Assembly: GCA_017940575.1 (NCBI GenBank)
Contig: JAGAYJ010000001.1
Coordinates: forward strand, 1 to 52,144
Reading direction: 5' to 3'
Source of the DNA: Bacilli bacterium
GTDB taxonomy: Bacteria > Bacillota_I > Bacilli_A > RF39 > UBA660
DNA length: 52,144 bases
Part shown: piece after piece, positions 41,776-52,087 of the stretch
Numbering within the stretch: the first letter of the stretch is position 1
Layout: each line of letters begins with the position of its first letter
Made by a program: the position numbers and the translations under genes
Notes under the pieces: generated by a model
Told to the model about the DNA's origin: nothing
Databases searched by the model: none
Seen by the model: only the letters and a program-made list of their open reading frames with translations

Positions 41776-42708
41776 TTAATTCTTATTTTGTAATTCCCTA
41801 ACTTTTTCAGTATTTTTAAAGTTCATTTTACATACTTCATTTAATTTATCAAAACCATATTTTTTAACGACTTCTAAAGCTGCTTCATCTACTTTAGTAG
41901 ATGCTCCTTTAGGTATTAATATTCCAAGTTCTTTTTGTATTTTAGAAAATTCTTTAATAAATACATATCTACTAATTACTGATGCACATGCTACTGATAA
42001 AGATTTAGTTTCACCTTTAGTCATAAAAGTAATACCTCTAACAACATTAGGTGTTTCTTTCAAGTAATTATAATAAACATATGGTTTTGCGAATTCATCA
42101 ACAACAACATATTCAGCTTTATATTTATGAGTTAGATCAAATAATACTTTATTATGTAGTATTGCTTTTACTTTATTCATATTTATATCTTTCATACTGT
42201 TGTATTCTTTATTAGATAGAATAAAAGTAGTATATGGAATTCTTTTTATTAAATCAGGAACTATTTCTAATATTTTTTCATCAGTCATTTTTTTAGAATC
42301 AGTAACACCCAAACTTTGTAAGTAAGGTATGTCTTCAGTTTTTACATATGTACCAGTTACTACAATAGGTCCAAAATAGTCACCAGTTCCAACTTCATCT
42401 GAACCAATCGTTGTTGCATTATATATCTTAGGATCTACATAAACTTCCTTTTTTTTGTCTTTTTTATCAGAATTATTAACAATTAAATTTTTATTTTCCA
42501 TACGTTCTGTTGCAACCCAAAAGTCACTTGCTAAATCAGCGTCTTTACCTTGAAATACAACTTTACCTGAATTATATAGAGTAACTACTGTATCTCCATC
42601 TTGTGCTTGAAATGTGGCATAGTCAGGTGTTTTAGGCCTTCTTAAATCTTGATAAAATTCATTCATCTTTTCAATTGTTTTTTCACTAACTTTAAATGAT
42701 ATTGTCAT
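41776..42708 (-). CDS. rnhC: Ribonuclease HIII
   Basis: TBP-like N-domain (TLYNSGKVVFQG); IGSDEVGTGDYFGP; VTDSK; VVVDEF; VACASVISR; LPKGA-like IPKGA. Confidence 0.93.
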   Translation of the reverse strand: MTISFKVSEKTIEKMNEFYQDLRRPKTPDYATFQAQDGDTVVTLYNSGKVVFQGKDADLASDFWVATERMENKNLIVNNSDKKDKKKEVYVDPKIYNATTIGSDEVGTGDYFGPIVVTGTYVKTEDIPYLQSLGVTDSKKMTDEKILEIVPDLIKRIPYTTFILSNKEYNSMKDINMNKVKAILHNKVLFDLTHKYKAEYVVVDEFAKPYVYYNYLKETPNVVRGITFMTKGETKSLSVACASVISRYVFIKEFSKIQKELGILIPKGASTKVDEAALEVVKKYGFDKLNEVCKMNFKNTEKVRELQNKN

Positions 42709-42767
42709 ATTATCACGTCCTATAAGTATTTTAACATTTAAAAGAAAAGATGTAAAACAATATTAAT

Positions 42768-43583
42768 TTAGTTTACATCTTTTTTTCTTAATTTAATTAG
42801 TTTAGCATGTACAACTATTTTGATTTCATTGTTGTAACAAGTAGATAGAGTAAGTATTTTATCTGTACTACTAACATTTGTATTGAAATTATAGTCCGAT
42901 CTTTCAGTAATCATTTTAATAAAACTATTAAACTCTTTATCAGTAAAATCAACACTCAAATAGTCAGTTGTTGTTTTAATTTTGTATAGACTAAATATTT
43001 GCCACATAGTATCATATGATTCAGTTGATATATTAATAACATAGTTTTGTTTATTGTTAAGCCATGTTTTATTAAACATATTTTTAAGCGTTCCAAACAT
43101 TGTATTATCATATCTTCCGTGACCATATATAATTGTATTCTTTTCTAGACTTTTAATACTATTTCTATAATCTAAAAATATCCATCCAGCAGAATTGTTT
43201 TTTTTATTAAATGAATGTGTTAGGTAGTATTCATTATCACTTGTTTGTACAAAAGGATAGTTTACATTAGTTCCTTTTACTTCAATCCAACCAATTGTAT
43301 CTTTATTTTGTTCTTTTAGTTTTGTTAAATCAACATCTTTTAAATTTAATTTTATAAAATCCCAATATGGGTTTTCTTCTTTCTCTTCACTTTCTATTAT
43401 TTCTGTATTCTCATCTGTTTCTTTTATTTCTACATCTTCTTTTATTTCTTTAATTTGTTTTTTAGTTTTGTTTGAGTTGTTAATATAGTCAATTATATGT
43501 AGTAAAGAAAATATAAATAGAAAGATAGATATAAATAACAATAATACCTTTAAAGTCTTTTTTATGCTGAATTTACGTTTCAT
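42768..43583 (-). CDS. srtB: Class B sortase
   Basis: N-terminal TM; GWIEVKGTNVNYP; YYLTHSF; GWIFLDYR; IIYGH; LTLSTC. Confidence 0.9.
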   Translation of the reverse strand: MKRKFSIKKTLKVLLLFISIFLFIFSLLHIIDYINNSNKTKKQIKEIKEDVEIKETDENTEIIESEEKEENPYWDFIKLNLKDVDLTKLKEQNKDTIGWIEVKGTNVNYPFVQTSDNEYYLTHSFNKKNNSAGWIFLDYRNSIKSLEKNTIIYGHGRYDNTMFGTLKNMFNKTWLNNKQNYVINISTESYDTMWQIFSLYKIKTTTDYLSVDFTDKEFNSFIKMITERSDYNFNTNVSSTDKILTLSTCYNNEIKIVVHAKLIKLRKKDVN

Positions 43584-43672
43584 ATTAACACCTTCTTAAT
43601 TAATAATATCATATTTACTTATAGTTGACAATTAAAAAATAAAATTGTATAATTAACACTAGGAGGAATGTT

Positions 43673-44908
43673 ATGAAGAATGTATTTAAAAGATTTACAT
43701 CTATGATTATAAGTACAGTATTAATATTTAATATTTTTGCACCTCTAACTGTAAATGCACTTCCTGCTACAACTGATATTTATGTTGTATGGGATTGTGA
43801 CGATGAAGTATGCGTAAGTGATGCGATTACAGTTAATAATGGTGTTGAAGGTGCTGGAGGTGTAATAAATTATGAAACTAATTACATCAAAGCATCTGAA
43901 GTTGTTGATCATGATAGAAATAAAACATTAAAGCCAAGTAGTGTTACAAATGCTAATAATGGTCTAACTGGTATTACTAAATGGTATATTTATGAAAACT
44001 TACCAGCAGATATCAAAACAAAGACATGGGAAGAGTTAGATATTGCTATTCATGAAGAAGATTATGATAAAGGAATTGATCCAACAGGAGGTAATGATGG
44101 ATTTAATTCACTTGTTCATAATGGTGATAGAAAATATCGTGTAGTTATATATGATGATACATTATATGAAAGTTTAACATTTAATGTTGATCCTAATAAT
44201 TATACATATTATTTAGGTTCATGGGATCCTGTATTTGCAAACCCAACAATTGATATATCAGGTTCTACTAAAGATAAACCTGCAAGATATACAACATACT
44301 TACTTGAAGATACTTTAAAATTTAGTGCTGGTACAATCAACAAAGAGACTATTGCTAGTGTTAAAGTATTAGATGTTCCTGAAAAAGGTGTATCTTTAAC
44401 TAAATCAGGAGATGAATATACAGTTAAATTTAAATCTAATTATTATAGTAAAGTAATATTAGAGATAACTGGTTCAAATGGTGGTAAATACTATCTACAA
44501 ATTGATAGAACATTTATCAAATCTGGATTTAGAGGAGGACCAACTCCATCTATAATTAGTGAATTTATATATCCTGCTGATACTAGTTATACTGATTACG
44601 ATGTAATTGCTACTATAACTAAAAAAGATGGTTCAATTGAAACTAAAAAGTTAACTGCTTTTGAAATAACTGATTGGGATGATATAGCTCAAGAACCAGT
44701 TACTAAATATGTATGGGATGCTGGAGAAAATTTAAAGAAAACTGGATATAAAATTGATGCTACAGAAGATATTAAAAATGTAGATATTACAGTTACTTTA
44801 AAAAATGCTACATCAACTGATACATATGGTGGAACATTTGGAGGGTATGGAAAAGGTGTATCTATTGAAAATGTTTCAGACTTTATTGATAATGTTTTTA
44901 GAAATTAA
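43673..44908 (+). CDS. Secreted hypothetical protein
   Basis: Signal peptide ending ..LTVNA; beta-rich; no C-terminal anchor. Confidence 0.8.
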   Translation: MKNVFKRFTSMIISTVLIFNIFAPLTVNALPATTDIYVVWDCDDEVCVSDAITVNNGVEGAGGVINYETNYIKASEVVDHDRNKTLKPSSVTNANNGLTGITKWYIYENLPADIKTKTWEELDIAIHEEDYDKGIDPTGGNDGFNSLVHNGDRKYRVVIYDDTLYESLTFNVDPNNYTYYLGSWDPVFANPTIDISGSTKDKPARYTTYLLEDTLKFSAGTINKETIASVKVLDVPEKGVSLTKSGDEYTVKFKSNYYSKVILEITGSNGGKYYLQIDRTFIKSGFRGGPTPSIISEFIYPADTSYTDYDVIATITKKDGSIETKKLTAFEITDWDDIAQEPVTKYVWDAGENLKKTGYKIDATEDIKNVDITVTLKNATSTDTYGGTFGGYGKGVSIENVSDFIDNVFRN

Positions 44909-44929
44909 TAGTTAGGGAGGATTAGTTTT

Positions 44930-45370
44930 ATGAAAAAAATTTTGATGATACTTGCTTCTTTAACTATTATGTTACTTCCAATGGTTAAAGCAGCTGAAAG
45001 TATTAAAATGGATGCTGTTGAGTCTAAAAGTGGTGTTATAACTGTAGAAGGTGTAGCTGATTCTAGCGTTATAGCTGTTGCTGTACTTGTATATGATTCA
45101 ACTGGTACAAACTTAGTTACTATGCAAACAACTCAAACAAATGATGATGATACTTTTAAAACTACTATTTCATTAGATGCTGATACATATATTGTAAAAG
45201 TAGCAAACTACAATGGTGGTAGTTATGTTGAGAAAAAAGTAACTCCATCAGATGATACTATAAAAGTTCCAAATACACTTGATAATATAGGAAGTTATAT
45301 GGTTATTGGATTAGTTGCTTTAGTATCTATTATAGCAAGCGTTATTTGCATTAAAAAACAAAAAGCTTAA
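44930..45370 (+). CDS. Small secreted Ig-like protein with a VPNT-TM-basic tail anchor
   Basis: Signal peptide ..VKA; KVPNTLDN, TM, KKQKA; UUCG-loop terminator at 45369-45392. Confidence 0.75.
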   Translation: MKKILMILASLTIMLLPMVKAAESIKMDAVESKSGVITVEGVADSSVIAVAVLVYDSTGTNLVTMQTTQTNDDDTFKTTISLDADTYIVKVANYNGGSYVEKKVTPSDDTIKVPNTLDNIGSYMVIGLVALVSIIASVICIKKQKA

Positions 45371-45439
45371 AAATCACTTCGGTGATTTTTTTCTTTGCAT
45401 ATTTAACTATTTTATAATATAATTATTATAGGTGATGAT

Positions 45440-46156
45440 ATGAATATAATAGATGTAATAGTAATACTTGTAATTGTATCTTGTATGGTTGCAGGATTTA
45501 AGCGAGGATTTACTAGAGAATTAGTCTCAGCTGTTGGATTTTTCTTAGTTGTAGTTTTATCTTTTTATTTAAAAAATCCCATATCAGTATTTTTATATGA
45601 ACATCTACCATTCTTTAGATTTGGTGGAATTATAAAGGGAGTAACTGCTTTAAATATATTTTTATATGAAGTATTTGCATTTTTGATTGCAATGTCAATT
45701 TTAACATTTATACTAAAAATGTTAGAACAATTTACTAATATATTTGAAGGACTTTTAAAAGTAACTTTAGTACTTGCTCCAATATCTAAAATAGGTGGTA
45801 TGTTAGTAGGTATAATAGAAGGATTTGTTTGGGCATTTATAATTTTATTTATAGCAACTCTACCTATGTTTAGAATGGTTGATATGGATAATTCTAAATT
45901 TAAAGACAAAATACTTAACAATACTCCAATATTATCTAGTGTTACATCTAAATCATTAAATGTTATAAATGATTTTGCGAGCGTTAAAGAGAAATATGAA
46001 AAAAGTAGTAATGCCAAAGAGTTTAATAGAGAAACACTTGATTTATTCTTAAAGTATGATGTAGTAAGTGTTAAATCAGCTGATACTTTAATTAAAGATG
46101 GTAAGATAAAAATAGATAATCCAGATGAATTATTAAATAAATATAAAGATGCTTAA
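45440..46156 (+). CDS. CvpA (colicin V production) family protein
   Basis: IDVIVI...AGFKRGFTREL; KIGGMLVGIIEG. Confidence 0.85.
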   Translation: MNIIDVIVILVIVSCMVAGFKRGFTRELVSAVGFFLVVVLSFYLKNPISVFLYEHLPFFRFGGIIKGVTALNIFLYEVFAFLIAMSILTFILKMLEQFTNIFEGLLKVTLVLAPISKIGGMLVGIIEGFVWAFIILFIATLPMFRMVDMDNSKFKDKILNNTPILSSVTSKSLNVINDFASVKEKYEKSSNAKEFNRETLDLFLKYDVVSVKSADTLIKDGKIKIDNPDELLNKYKDA

Positions 46157-46166
46157 GCATCTTTTT

Positions 46167-47048
46167 TTAGTTTACTTTATATGTTGTTTTATATATTCTT
46201 TCATCACTACAGTATTCCATGATATAGTCATTATCTTTTTTAACAATTATTATTCCAATTGTTTTATCATGAATTGGTGTTTTGATGTTTTTATCAATAT
46301 AATTCATATATGTTTTAATTTGACCTATATGTTCTTTTTTTAACTCAGTTACTTTAAGTTCTATTACAACAAATGAGTTATATATATAGTTAAATAAGAG
46401 TAGGTCAATATAATTATAACGATTCCCTATCTTAATTTTATATTCACTTCCTATAAATGAATATCCACTTCCTAGTTCCATCATAAAATTTTCTATATTA
46501 TCTAGTATTAAATTATGTAATATTTTTTCTGTTATTTTTTCATAGTTTTTAGTGGTATTTATTTTGATCGGATTTTTGATTAGATCATTAATGTTTTGTT
46601 TTTTATTATTTTTAATTTTTGATTTTGTTTTTTCTGGTAATCTTTCAAAATCATTGTTTTTAATTTTTTCTCTTAACTGTCTAACTGATAAGTTTTGTTT
46701 TTCTGCAATATCTATATAATATAAAATTTTATCTTCGTTAAACCAAAGTATTTCACAAAAATGACTCCATGTTAATTTGGCAGACACTGTCTGCCATTTT
46801 TCTGTTATCTTATAATATTGCCTCATATTTCTTAAATTTCTAACAGAATATCCTTTTCCAAGTTCACTAATTAGTTTCTTTGAATAGTTTTCAATTATCT
46901 TATCTCCATATTTACTTCCTGCATCATATAAAAGCTTTCCAACATTATAATATGTTTCTAAATCATTTCTATTTTTAGAATAATCTTTTACTTTTTTATA
47001 TACTTCATTATTTATTAATAATTTTTTAATCTCTTTATAGTAGTTCAT
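46167..47048 (-). CDS. YhcG/DUF1016 family PD-(D/E)XK nuclease-domain protein
   Basis: YYNVG; GYSVRNLRNMRQYY; LTWSH; IKNP; ELGSGYSFIG; IDLLLFN; VIELK; HIGQ..YM; ATG 47048. Confidence 0.9.
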   Translation of the reverse strand: MNYYKEIKKLLINNEVYKKVKDYSKNRNDLETYYNVGKLLYDAGSKYGDKIIENYSKKLISELGKGYSVRNLRNMRQYYKITEKWQTVSAKLTWSHFCEILWFNEDKILYYIDIAEKQNLSVRQLREKIKNNDFERLPEKTKSKIKNNKKQNINDLIKNPIKINTTKNYEKITEKILHNLILDNIENFMMELGSGYSFIGSEYKIKIGNRYNYIDLLLFNYIYNSFVVIELKVTELKKEHIGQIKTYMNYIDKNIKTPIHDKTIGIIIVKKDNDYIMEYCSDERIYKTTYKVN

Positions 47049-47168
47049 ATAATCCCTCTTTCTTAAGTGATTATGATAATACAATGGATAGTGTAAAGCA
47101 AATAAATTAGACATACAAAATATGACATTTATTTTAAATAGTATGGTATAATTTTGATAGGTGATAAT

Positions 47169-47858
47169 ATGATTAAATTAGTTCTAGTAAGACACGGAGA
47201 AAGTGTCTGGAATAAAGAAAATAAGTTTACTGGATGGACTGATGTTGAACTATCTGAAAACGGTATTAAAGAAGCACATAGTGCAGGTGTTTTATTAAAA
47301 GAAAATAATTATACTTTTGATATAGCTTATACATCTGTTTTAAAGAGAGCTAATGATACATTAGATATTATTTTAAATGAATTAAATTTAGATATTCCAA
47401 TTAAATACGATTGGCACTTAAATGAAAGACATTATGGAGCCTTACAAGGCTTAAATAAAGATGAGACTAGATTAAAGTATGGTGATGAACAAGTAAAACT
47501 TTGGAGAAGAAGTAGTGATGTATTTCCTCCAAAGCTTACTAAAGATGATCCAAGATATCCTGGTAATGATCCAAAATATAGTGACTTATCAGAAGAAGAA
47601 CTTCCTTTAACTGAGAACTTAAATTCAACAATTAAAAGAGTAATTGAATATTGGAATAGTGATATTAAAGAAACAATATTAAATGGAAAGAATGTTATTA
47701 TAGTAGCGCATGGTAATTCACTTAGAGGATTAATTAAGTATTTAGATGATATGTCAGATGAAGATATAATAAATTTAGAAATACCTACAGGACGTCCTTT
47801 GGTGTATGAATTAGATGATGAATTAAAACCTATAAGACATTATTATTTGGGTGAGTAG
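47169..47858 (+). CDS. gpmA: 2,3-BPG-dependent phosphoglycerate mutase
   Basis: LVRHGES.WN..NKFTGW.DV; [14 protein letters not shown]; AHGNSLR. Confidence 0.95.
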   Translation: MIKLVLVRHGESVWNKENKFTGWTDVELSENGIKEAHSAGVLLKENNYTFDIAYTSVLKRANDTLDIILNELNLDIPIKYDWHLNERHYGALQGLNKDETRLKYGDEQVKLWRRSSDVFPPKLTKDDPRYPGNDPKYSDLSEEELPLTENLNSTIKRVIEYWNSDIKETILNGKNVIIVAHGNSLRGLIKYLDDMSDEDIINLEIPTGRPLVYELDDELKPIRHYYLGE

Positions 47859-47859
47859 T

Positions 47860-48960
47860 ATGGATAGAAATAAAAAAATAATAAAAGTTAGTATTTATGG
47901 AATAATTGTTAATGTTATTCTTGTTATATTTAAAGCAATAGTTGGATTTATTACAGGTTCAATTGCTATTATACTTGATGCTATTAATAACTTAAGTGAT
48001 GCTGCATCTTCAATTATAACTATAATAGGTACAAAGTTATCTAATAAAAGACCTGATAAGAAACATCCATATGGATATGGAAGAGTTGAATATTTTTCTT
48101 CAATCATTATTGCTGTAATAGTTTTAGTTGCAGGTTTAACATCATTTAAAGAATCGTTTTTAAAAATAATTAAACCAGAGTTAGCTGAGTATTCTGCTAT
48201 ATCTATTTTTATAATTATAGTGGCTGTATTTGTTAAATTCTTCTTTGGTAGATATGTAAAAAATGAAGGGACTAAACTAAATTCAAATAGTTTAATAGCT
48301 AGTGGTACAGATGCAATAAGTGATTCCGTTTTATCGCTTTCTACAGTTATAGGAGCACTTATTAGTATGATATGGCATCTTAGTTTAGAAGGATATTTAG
48401 GTTTAATTATATCTGTTATTATTTTAAAATCAGCATACGAAATCTTAAAAGACACAGTATCAGATATGATAGGTATAAGAGCAGATTCTAATTTAACTAA
48501 AAAACTAAGAAAAAAAGTAATGTCTTATAAAGAGGTAATTGGTGTCTATGATTTGGTATTGCACAATTATGGCCCTAATACAATTATTGGAACTGCTCAT
48601 ATAGAAGTACCTGATAATATGAGCGCTAAAGAAATACATAAATTAACTAAAGAAATTGCAGCGGATATTTATCTAAATTTAGGTATAACGCTTACTCTTG
48701 GTATATATGCATCAAATAGTGAAGGTGAATTTAAAAATATTAAAGCTTATTTAAATACTTTAGTAAAAAAATATAAAACAATATTACAAGTACATGGTTT
48801 TTATGTAGATGAAGAAAATAGTTTCATATCATTTGATTTAATATTTGATTTCGATGAAAAGAATCAAGAAAATATAAAAAATGAAATAATTTCATCTTTA
48901 AAAAATAAGTATCCTAAGTTTGATTATTATGTTGTACTTGATACTGACTTTAGTGATTAG
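47860..48960 (+). CDS. Cation diffusion facilitator (CDF) transporter
   Basis: DAINNLSDA; PDKKHPYGYGRVEY; DAISD; HNYGP; ATG 47860. Confidence 0.9.
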   Translation: MDRNKKIIKVSIYGIIVNVILVIFKAIVGFITGSIAIILDAINNLSDAASSIITIIGTKLSNKRPDKKHPYGYGRVEYFSSIIIAVIVLVAGLTSFKESFLKIIKPELAEYSAISIFIIIVAVFVKFFFGRYVKNEGTKLNSNSLIASGTDAISDSVLSLSTVIGALISMIWHLSLEGYLGLIISVIILKSAYEILKDTVSDMIGIRADSNLTKKLRKKVMSYKEVIGVYDLVLHNYGPNTIIGTAHIEVPDNMSAKEIHKLTKEIAADIYLNLGITLTLGIYASNSEGEFKNIKAYLNTLVKKYKTILQVHGFYVDEENSFISFDLIFDFDEKNQENIKNEIISSLKNKYPKFDYYVVLDTDFSD

Positions 48961-48969
48961 GAGTTTTGT

Positions 48970-49491
48970 ATGAAAGAAAAATTAGAATGTTTAATGACTA
49001 AAATGAATGAAATTAAATATGGTTATGTTATTGATGGAGTTAATATATATTCTGATTTAGAAAATGATAAGGAAATGAATGAAGATTTTCCAAAATTATA
49101 TCACTTACTATCTCCAGATGAATTAATTAAAAATAAACATGGTGTATGTTGGGATCAAGTAGAGTTAGAAAGATATTACTTAAGTCTTGATAATATAGTT
49201 TGTAGTTCATACTTTATAGTAGAATATGATGATAAGTTTTATCCAACACATACATTCGTTGTAGTTAGTTGTAATAATAAGTTTTATTGGTTTGAACACT
49301 CTTGGTATCCATATCGCGGAATACATGAATATGATAGTTTAAATGAGTTATTAAAGGATGTAAAACTAAAATTTTCAAAAGATAAAAATATAGATGATAT
49401 AGTAATTTATAATTATGAAAAACCAAAATATGGTATTAGTTCAAATGAATTTTTTAAACATTGTGAAGAAGGTAAAAGGGTTAATATTTAA
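48970..49491 (+). CDS. Transglutaminase/papain-like fold protein (putative Cys-His-Glu triad)
   Basis: GVCWDQVEL; THTFVV; YWFEHSW. Confidence 0.55.
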   Translation: MKEKLECLMTKMNEIKYGYVIDGVNIYSDLENDKEMNEDFPKLYHLLSPDELIKNKHGVCWDQVELERYYLSLDNIVCSSYFIVEYDDKFYPTHTFVVVSCNNKFYWFEHSWYPYRGIHEYDSLNELLKDVKLKFSKDKNIDDIVIYNYEKPKYGISSNEFFKHCEEGKRVNI

Positions 49492-49542
49492 ATTAACCTT
49501 TTTAAATACACTATAAAATGATATAATTTAAGAGGTGATAAA

Positions 49543-51756
49543 ATGGCTGATTATATAAAAGGTAAATTTAAAAGAACAATATTTGAGTCTAATAATGGTT
49601 ATGTAATTGGCCTTGTTAGAGTAAAAGAGACAAATGATTCTATTATGGAAGACTATATAAATAAAACAATTACATTTACAGGTTATTTTGCTGATTTAAA
49701 TTTAGATGATGATTATATATTTTATGGTAAGCTTGTAGAACATCCTAAATATGGTATTCAATATAATGTAGATAAATATGAACGTATTAAACCTGAAGAT
49801 AAAGATGGTATAGTCGAATTTTTAGCTAGTGATTTATTTCCTGGAGTTGGAGAAAAACTAGCTACTCGAATTGTTGATACATTAGGTGATAATGCACTAG
49901 ATAAAATCTTAGAAGATAAAAATAATTTAAGAATGGTCCCTAAAATACAAGAAAAAAAGATAGATACAATATATAGCGTTTTAACTAAATATGAAGAGTC
50001 TCATAATATAGTAGTATATCTAACAGAACTTGGATTTAATATGAAAGATTCACTTGCTATTTATAATAAATATAAAAACTTTACTGTATCAACTATTGAA
50101 AACAATATATATGACATTATTGATGAAGTTGAAAATATCTCATTTAAAAAAGTAGATGAGATTAGTAAAAAGCTAGACTTTGCTTATGATGATATAAGAA
50201 GAATAAAAGCATGTGCTTTATATATAATGAATAACTTGTCATTTGAAACGGGTGATACATATTTAGAATACTCTGATATAAAAAGTGAATGTATAAATTA
50301 CCTAAAATTTGACATACTAGATGATGACTTTAAAAATATTTTGGATGAGCTTAGATACGAAGGTAAAATTGTTTTAGAAAAAGATTATTACTATTTAAAA
50401 CAAGCATATCAAGATGAGACTTATATTGTAAGTAAGATTAAAAAACTGCTTGATAAAGAAACTGATAGTTATGAATTTTTCTATTCTAAATTAAAACAAT
50501 TAGAAGAGTTATATCATGTTAAATATAATAAAAAACAAGAACTTGCGATAGAAAAAGCTTTAACTAATAATATTTTAATTATAAATGGAGGTCCTGGAAC
50601 AGGTAAAACTACAATTATAAAAGCAATAATATCTATGTATCAAGAAGTTAATCATTTAACATTTGATTCTTTAGTAGAAGAGACAAAATTACTTGCGCCT
50701 ACTGGTAGAGCTAGTAAGAGAATGAGTGAGGCTACTAATATGCCTGCATCTACTATACACAGATTTTTAAAATGGGATAGAGAGTCTAATTCATTTAATG
50801 TAGATGAATATAATAAAGATTATTCTAAATTAATAATTATAGATGAAGTTAGTATGATTGATCTAAATTTATTTGCAAGCCTACTTAGAGGACTTACAGA
50901 TAATATAAAATTAGTATTAGTTGGTGACTTTAATCAGTTACCTAGTGTTGGAGCTGGAAATGTATTAAAAGACTTAATAGAAAGTAGTGTTATTGATACA
51001 ATTGAACTTGATACTTTATATAGACAAAGTGAAGACTCATATATAAATAAACTAGCTTTAGAGATAAAAGAAAATGATTTATCAAATTATTTAGAGACTA
51101 AAGATGATTATACATTCTTAGAATGTAATAGTTATAGTCTAAATAATAATATCAAAGAAATTGTTAAAAAAATAATTGAAAAAGGCTATGATAAAAAACA
51201 AGTTCAAATAATGGCACCTATGTATATAGGGCCAAATGGCATAGATAGACTAAATAAAGAATTACAAGATGTATTTAATCCAAAAGACACATATAAAAAA
51301 GAAGTATCATTTGGAGATATTGTATTTAGAGAAAACGATAAAGTATTACAATTAGAGAATATGCCAGATGAAAATGTCTTTAATGGAGATATAGGATTCA
51401 TTGAATATATTTTATATCCAAGCGAGTCTGATTCTAAAAAAACAGAAGTGTATGTAAATTATGATGGTATTATAGTTAAATATTTACCTCAAGACTTAAT
51501 AAAAATAAAACATGCATTTATAATAAGTATTCATAAATCACAAGGAAGTGAATTTGATATAGTTGTTCTTCCACTTACTCTAAACTATAGAAGAATGCTT
51601 TATAGAAAGCTTATTTATACAGCTATTACACGTGCTAAGAAAAAACTTATCTTAATAGGTGAGAAAGAAGCATTTTTATATGCTGTTGCTAATAACAATG
51701 AGAGAGTTAGAAATACAAATTTAAAAGATAGACTTTATAATATGTATAATAATTAA
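49543..51756 (+). CDS. recD2: RecD2-like SF1B helicase
   Basis: H.KYG.Q; PGVGEKLA; GGPGTGKTT; APTGRASKR; DEVSM; VGDFNQLPSVG; SIHKSQGSEF; YTAITRAK. Confidence 0.93.
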   Translation: MADYIKGKFKRTIFESNNGYVIGLVRVKETNDSIMEDYINKTITFTGYFADLNLDDDYIFYGKLVEHPKYGIQYNVDKYERIKPEDKDGIVEFLASDLFPGVGEKLATRIVDTLGDNALDKILEDKNNLRMVPKIQEKKIDTIYSVLTKYEESHNIVVYLTELGFNMKDSLAIYNKYKNFTVSTIENNIYDIIDEVENISFKKVDEISKKLDFAYDDIRRIKACALYIMNNLSFETGDTYLEYSDIKSECINYLKFDILDDDFKNILDELRYEGKIVLEKDYYYLKQAYQDETYIVSKIKKLLDKETDSYEFFYSKLKQLEELYHVKYNKKQELAIEKALTNNILIINGGPGTGKTTIIKAIISMYQEVNHLTFDSLVEETKLLAPTGRASKRMSEATNMPASTIHRFLKWDRESNSFNVDEYNKDYSKLIIIDEVSMIDLNLFASLLRGLTDNIKLVLVGDFNQLPSVGAGNVLKDLIESSVIDTIELDTLYRQSEDSYINKLALEIKENDLSNYLETKDDYTFLECNSYSLNNNIKEIVKKIIEKGYDKKQVQIMAPMYIGPNGIDRLNKELQDVFNPKDTYKKEVSFGDIVFRENDKVLQLENMPDENVFNGDIGFIEYILYPSESDSKKTEVYVNYDGIIVKYLPQDLIKIKHAFIISIHKSQGSEFDIVVLPLTLNYRRMLYRKLIYTAITRAKKKLILIGEKEAFLYAVANNNERVRNTNLKDRLYNMYNN

Positions 51757-51771
51757 ATATTTAAATATAAT

Positions 51772-51801
51772 AATAGTGTATGTTTATAAGCATACACTAT
51801 T
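51772..51801 (+). terminator. Inverted repeat after recD2
   Basis: AATAGTGTATG / CATACACTATT. Confidence 0.6.
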
Positions 51802-51831
51802 GTCATATTTTTTAGTAAGAAGGTGATATTT

Positions 51832-51984
51832 GTGAAAGTAGTTAAGAGTATGGTTCTCATGTCTATGGGAGCAGGAGCTGTTTTAGCATATCAAAAGTAT
51901 AATAAACCAGTAATGAATTATATGAATAATATGATTTCTGGAATGAAAGAAAAAATGAGCGACGAACTAGAAAATATGAAATAA
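51832..51984 (+). CDS. Small Met-rich protein (50 aa) with a hydrophobic N-terminal helix
   Basis: SD AAGGTGA and GTG; MKVVKSMVLMSMGAGAVLAYQKYNKPVMNYMNNMISGMKEKMSDELENMK; not in the ORF track. Confidence 0.65.
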   Translation: MKVVKSMVLMSMGAGAVLAYQKYNKPVMNYMNNMISGMKEKMSDELENMK

Positions 51985-51985
51985 T

Positions 51986-52087
51986 AAAAGAGACTCAGAT
52001 AAATCTGAGTCCCTTTTAAAATAGAATAGAATGTTTTGAAGTAATCTAAAAAAAGATTTACATTAGTGCCGGTCTTAAGCCGACATC
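51986..52087 (-). ncRNA. Candidate ~100-nt small RNA
   Basis: Minus-strand TTGCAT-17-TAATAT promoter (52120-52092), two hairpins and a terminator. G-U pairs form only on the minus strand; there is no ORF. Confidence 0.35.

Noticed and set aside
45565-51401. ORFs 45565-46017(-), 46149-46343(+), 47895-48455(-) and 51204-51401(-)
   Set aside because: Antisense shadows of cvpA, YhcG, the CDF gene and recD2.
52066-52085. tRNA-like anticodon hairpin
   Set aside because: No acceptor stem, D-arm or TTC T-loop.
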